From NCBI GenBank assembly GCA_944391895.1, contig CALXVF010000001.1:1-43514 (forward strand): a DNA stretch of 43,514 nt, written 5' to 3'. This DNA is from an uncultured Clostridia bacterium. Its GTDB lineage: Bacteria; Bacillota; Clostridia; TANB77; CAG-508. Position 1 is the stretch's first letter. Every line of letters starts with the position of its first letter. Position numbers and translations under genes: made by a program. The notes below the pieces were generated by a model. It did not search any database. It was not told where the DNA came from and worked only from the letters and a program-made list of their open reading frames with translations. Below are positions 43,440 through 43,514 of this stretch, piece by piece.

Positions 43440-43514
43440 TATATAGTCCTCTCTTCTAAAACTTTTGTTCGCAAAGAGATTGTACTATATTTTAGCCAGC
43501 TAGTCAATAAGTTT

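Noticed and set aside
1-43514. rRNA genes, tRNA genes, CRISPR arrays, prophage or integrase genes, toxin-antitoxin pairs
   Set aside because: I scanned all intergenic regions on both strands. I found no periodic direct repeats, no cloverleaf-capable segments, no rRNA-like GC-rich blocks, and no integrase or recombinase ORFs other than the decayed IS30-type transposase.

Overview
Low-GC chromosome segment from a spore-forming Firmicute (Clostridia-like), transcribed almost entirely from the minus strand. Housekeeping blocks: pcrA; mecA; DUF4321-radC-mreB-mreC-mreD-PBP2-minC; spoIIE; a WG-repeat protein; acpS (frameshifted)-tatD; lemA; a YabE-like DUF348/G5 wall protein; xth; an AI-2E permease; cwlD; and the 5' end of dprA at the left edge. 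Four things stand out. (1) At 0.5-10.6 kb there is a tightly packed eight-gene operon: two radical-SAM enzymes with SPASM/twitch-like C-termini, one B12-binding radical-SAM enzyme, a group II PLP decarboxylase, a Pol-beta nucleotidyltransferase fused to a class I/II aminotransferase, a Nudix-like protein, a YihX-type HAD phosphatase and a short-form methionyl-tRNA synthetase. It has its own promoter and terminator and sits next to a decayed IS30-family element. I cannot match it to any characterised pathway, and it is my best candidate for an undescribed system. My inference is a nucleotide-tethered, amino-acid-derived small molecule, with the MetRS acting either as self-resistance or as a ligase. 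(2) Three copies of a GC-rich 45-55 nt core share a GCG(C/A)AGCYTG(G)AG box followed by a short GC hairpin. Each sits at the apex of a 100-165 nt locus-specific AT-rich hairpin that fills an entire convergent intergenic region. (3) A 10-kb two-gene operon encodes giant wall-anchored surface proteins, one with a thioester-domain-like Cys/Gln motif pair. (4) Smaller oddities: a +1 frameshift in acpS, minC without minD/minE, an Asn-rich protein with an overlapping mini-ORF, and a spoIIE promoter with a 21-bp spacer. I found no rRNA, tRNA or CRISPR array. All calls come from reading the translations and the DNA by eye; no database search was run.
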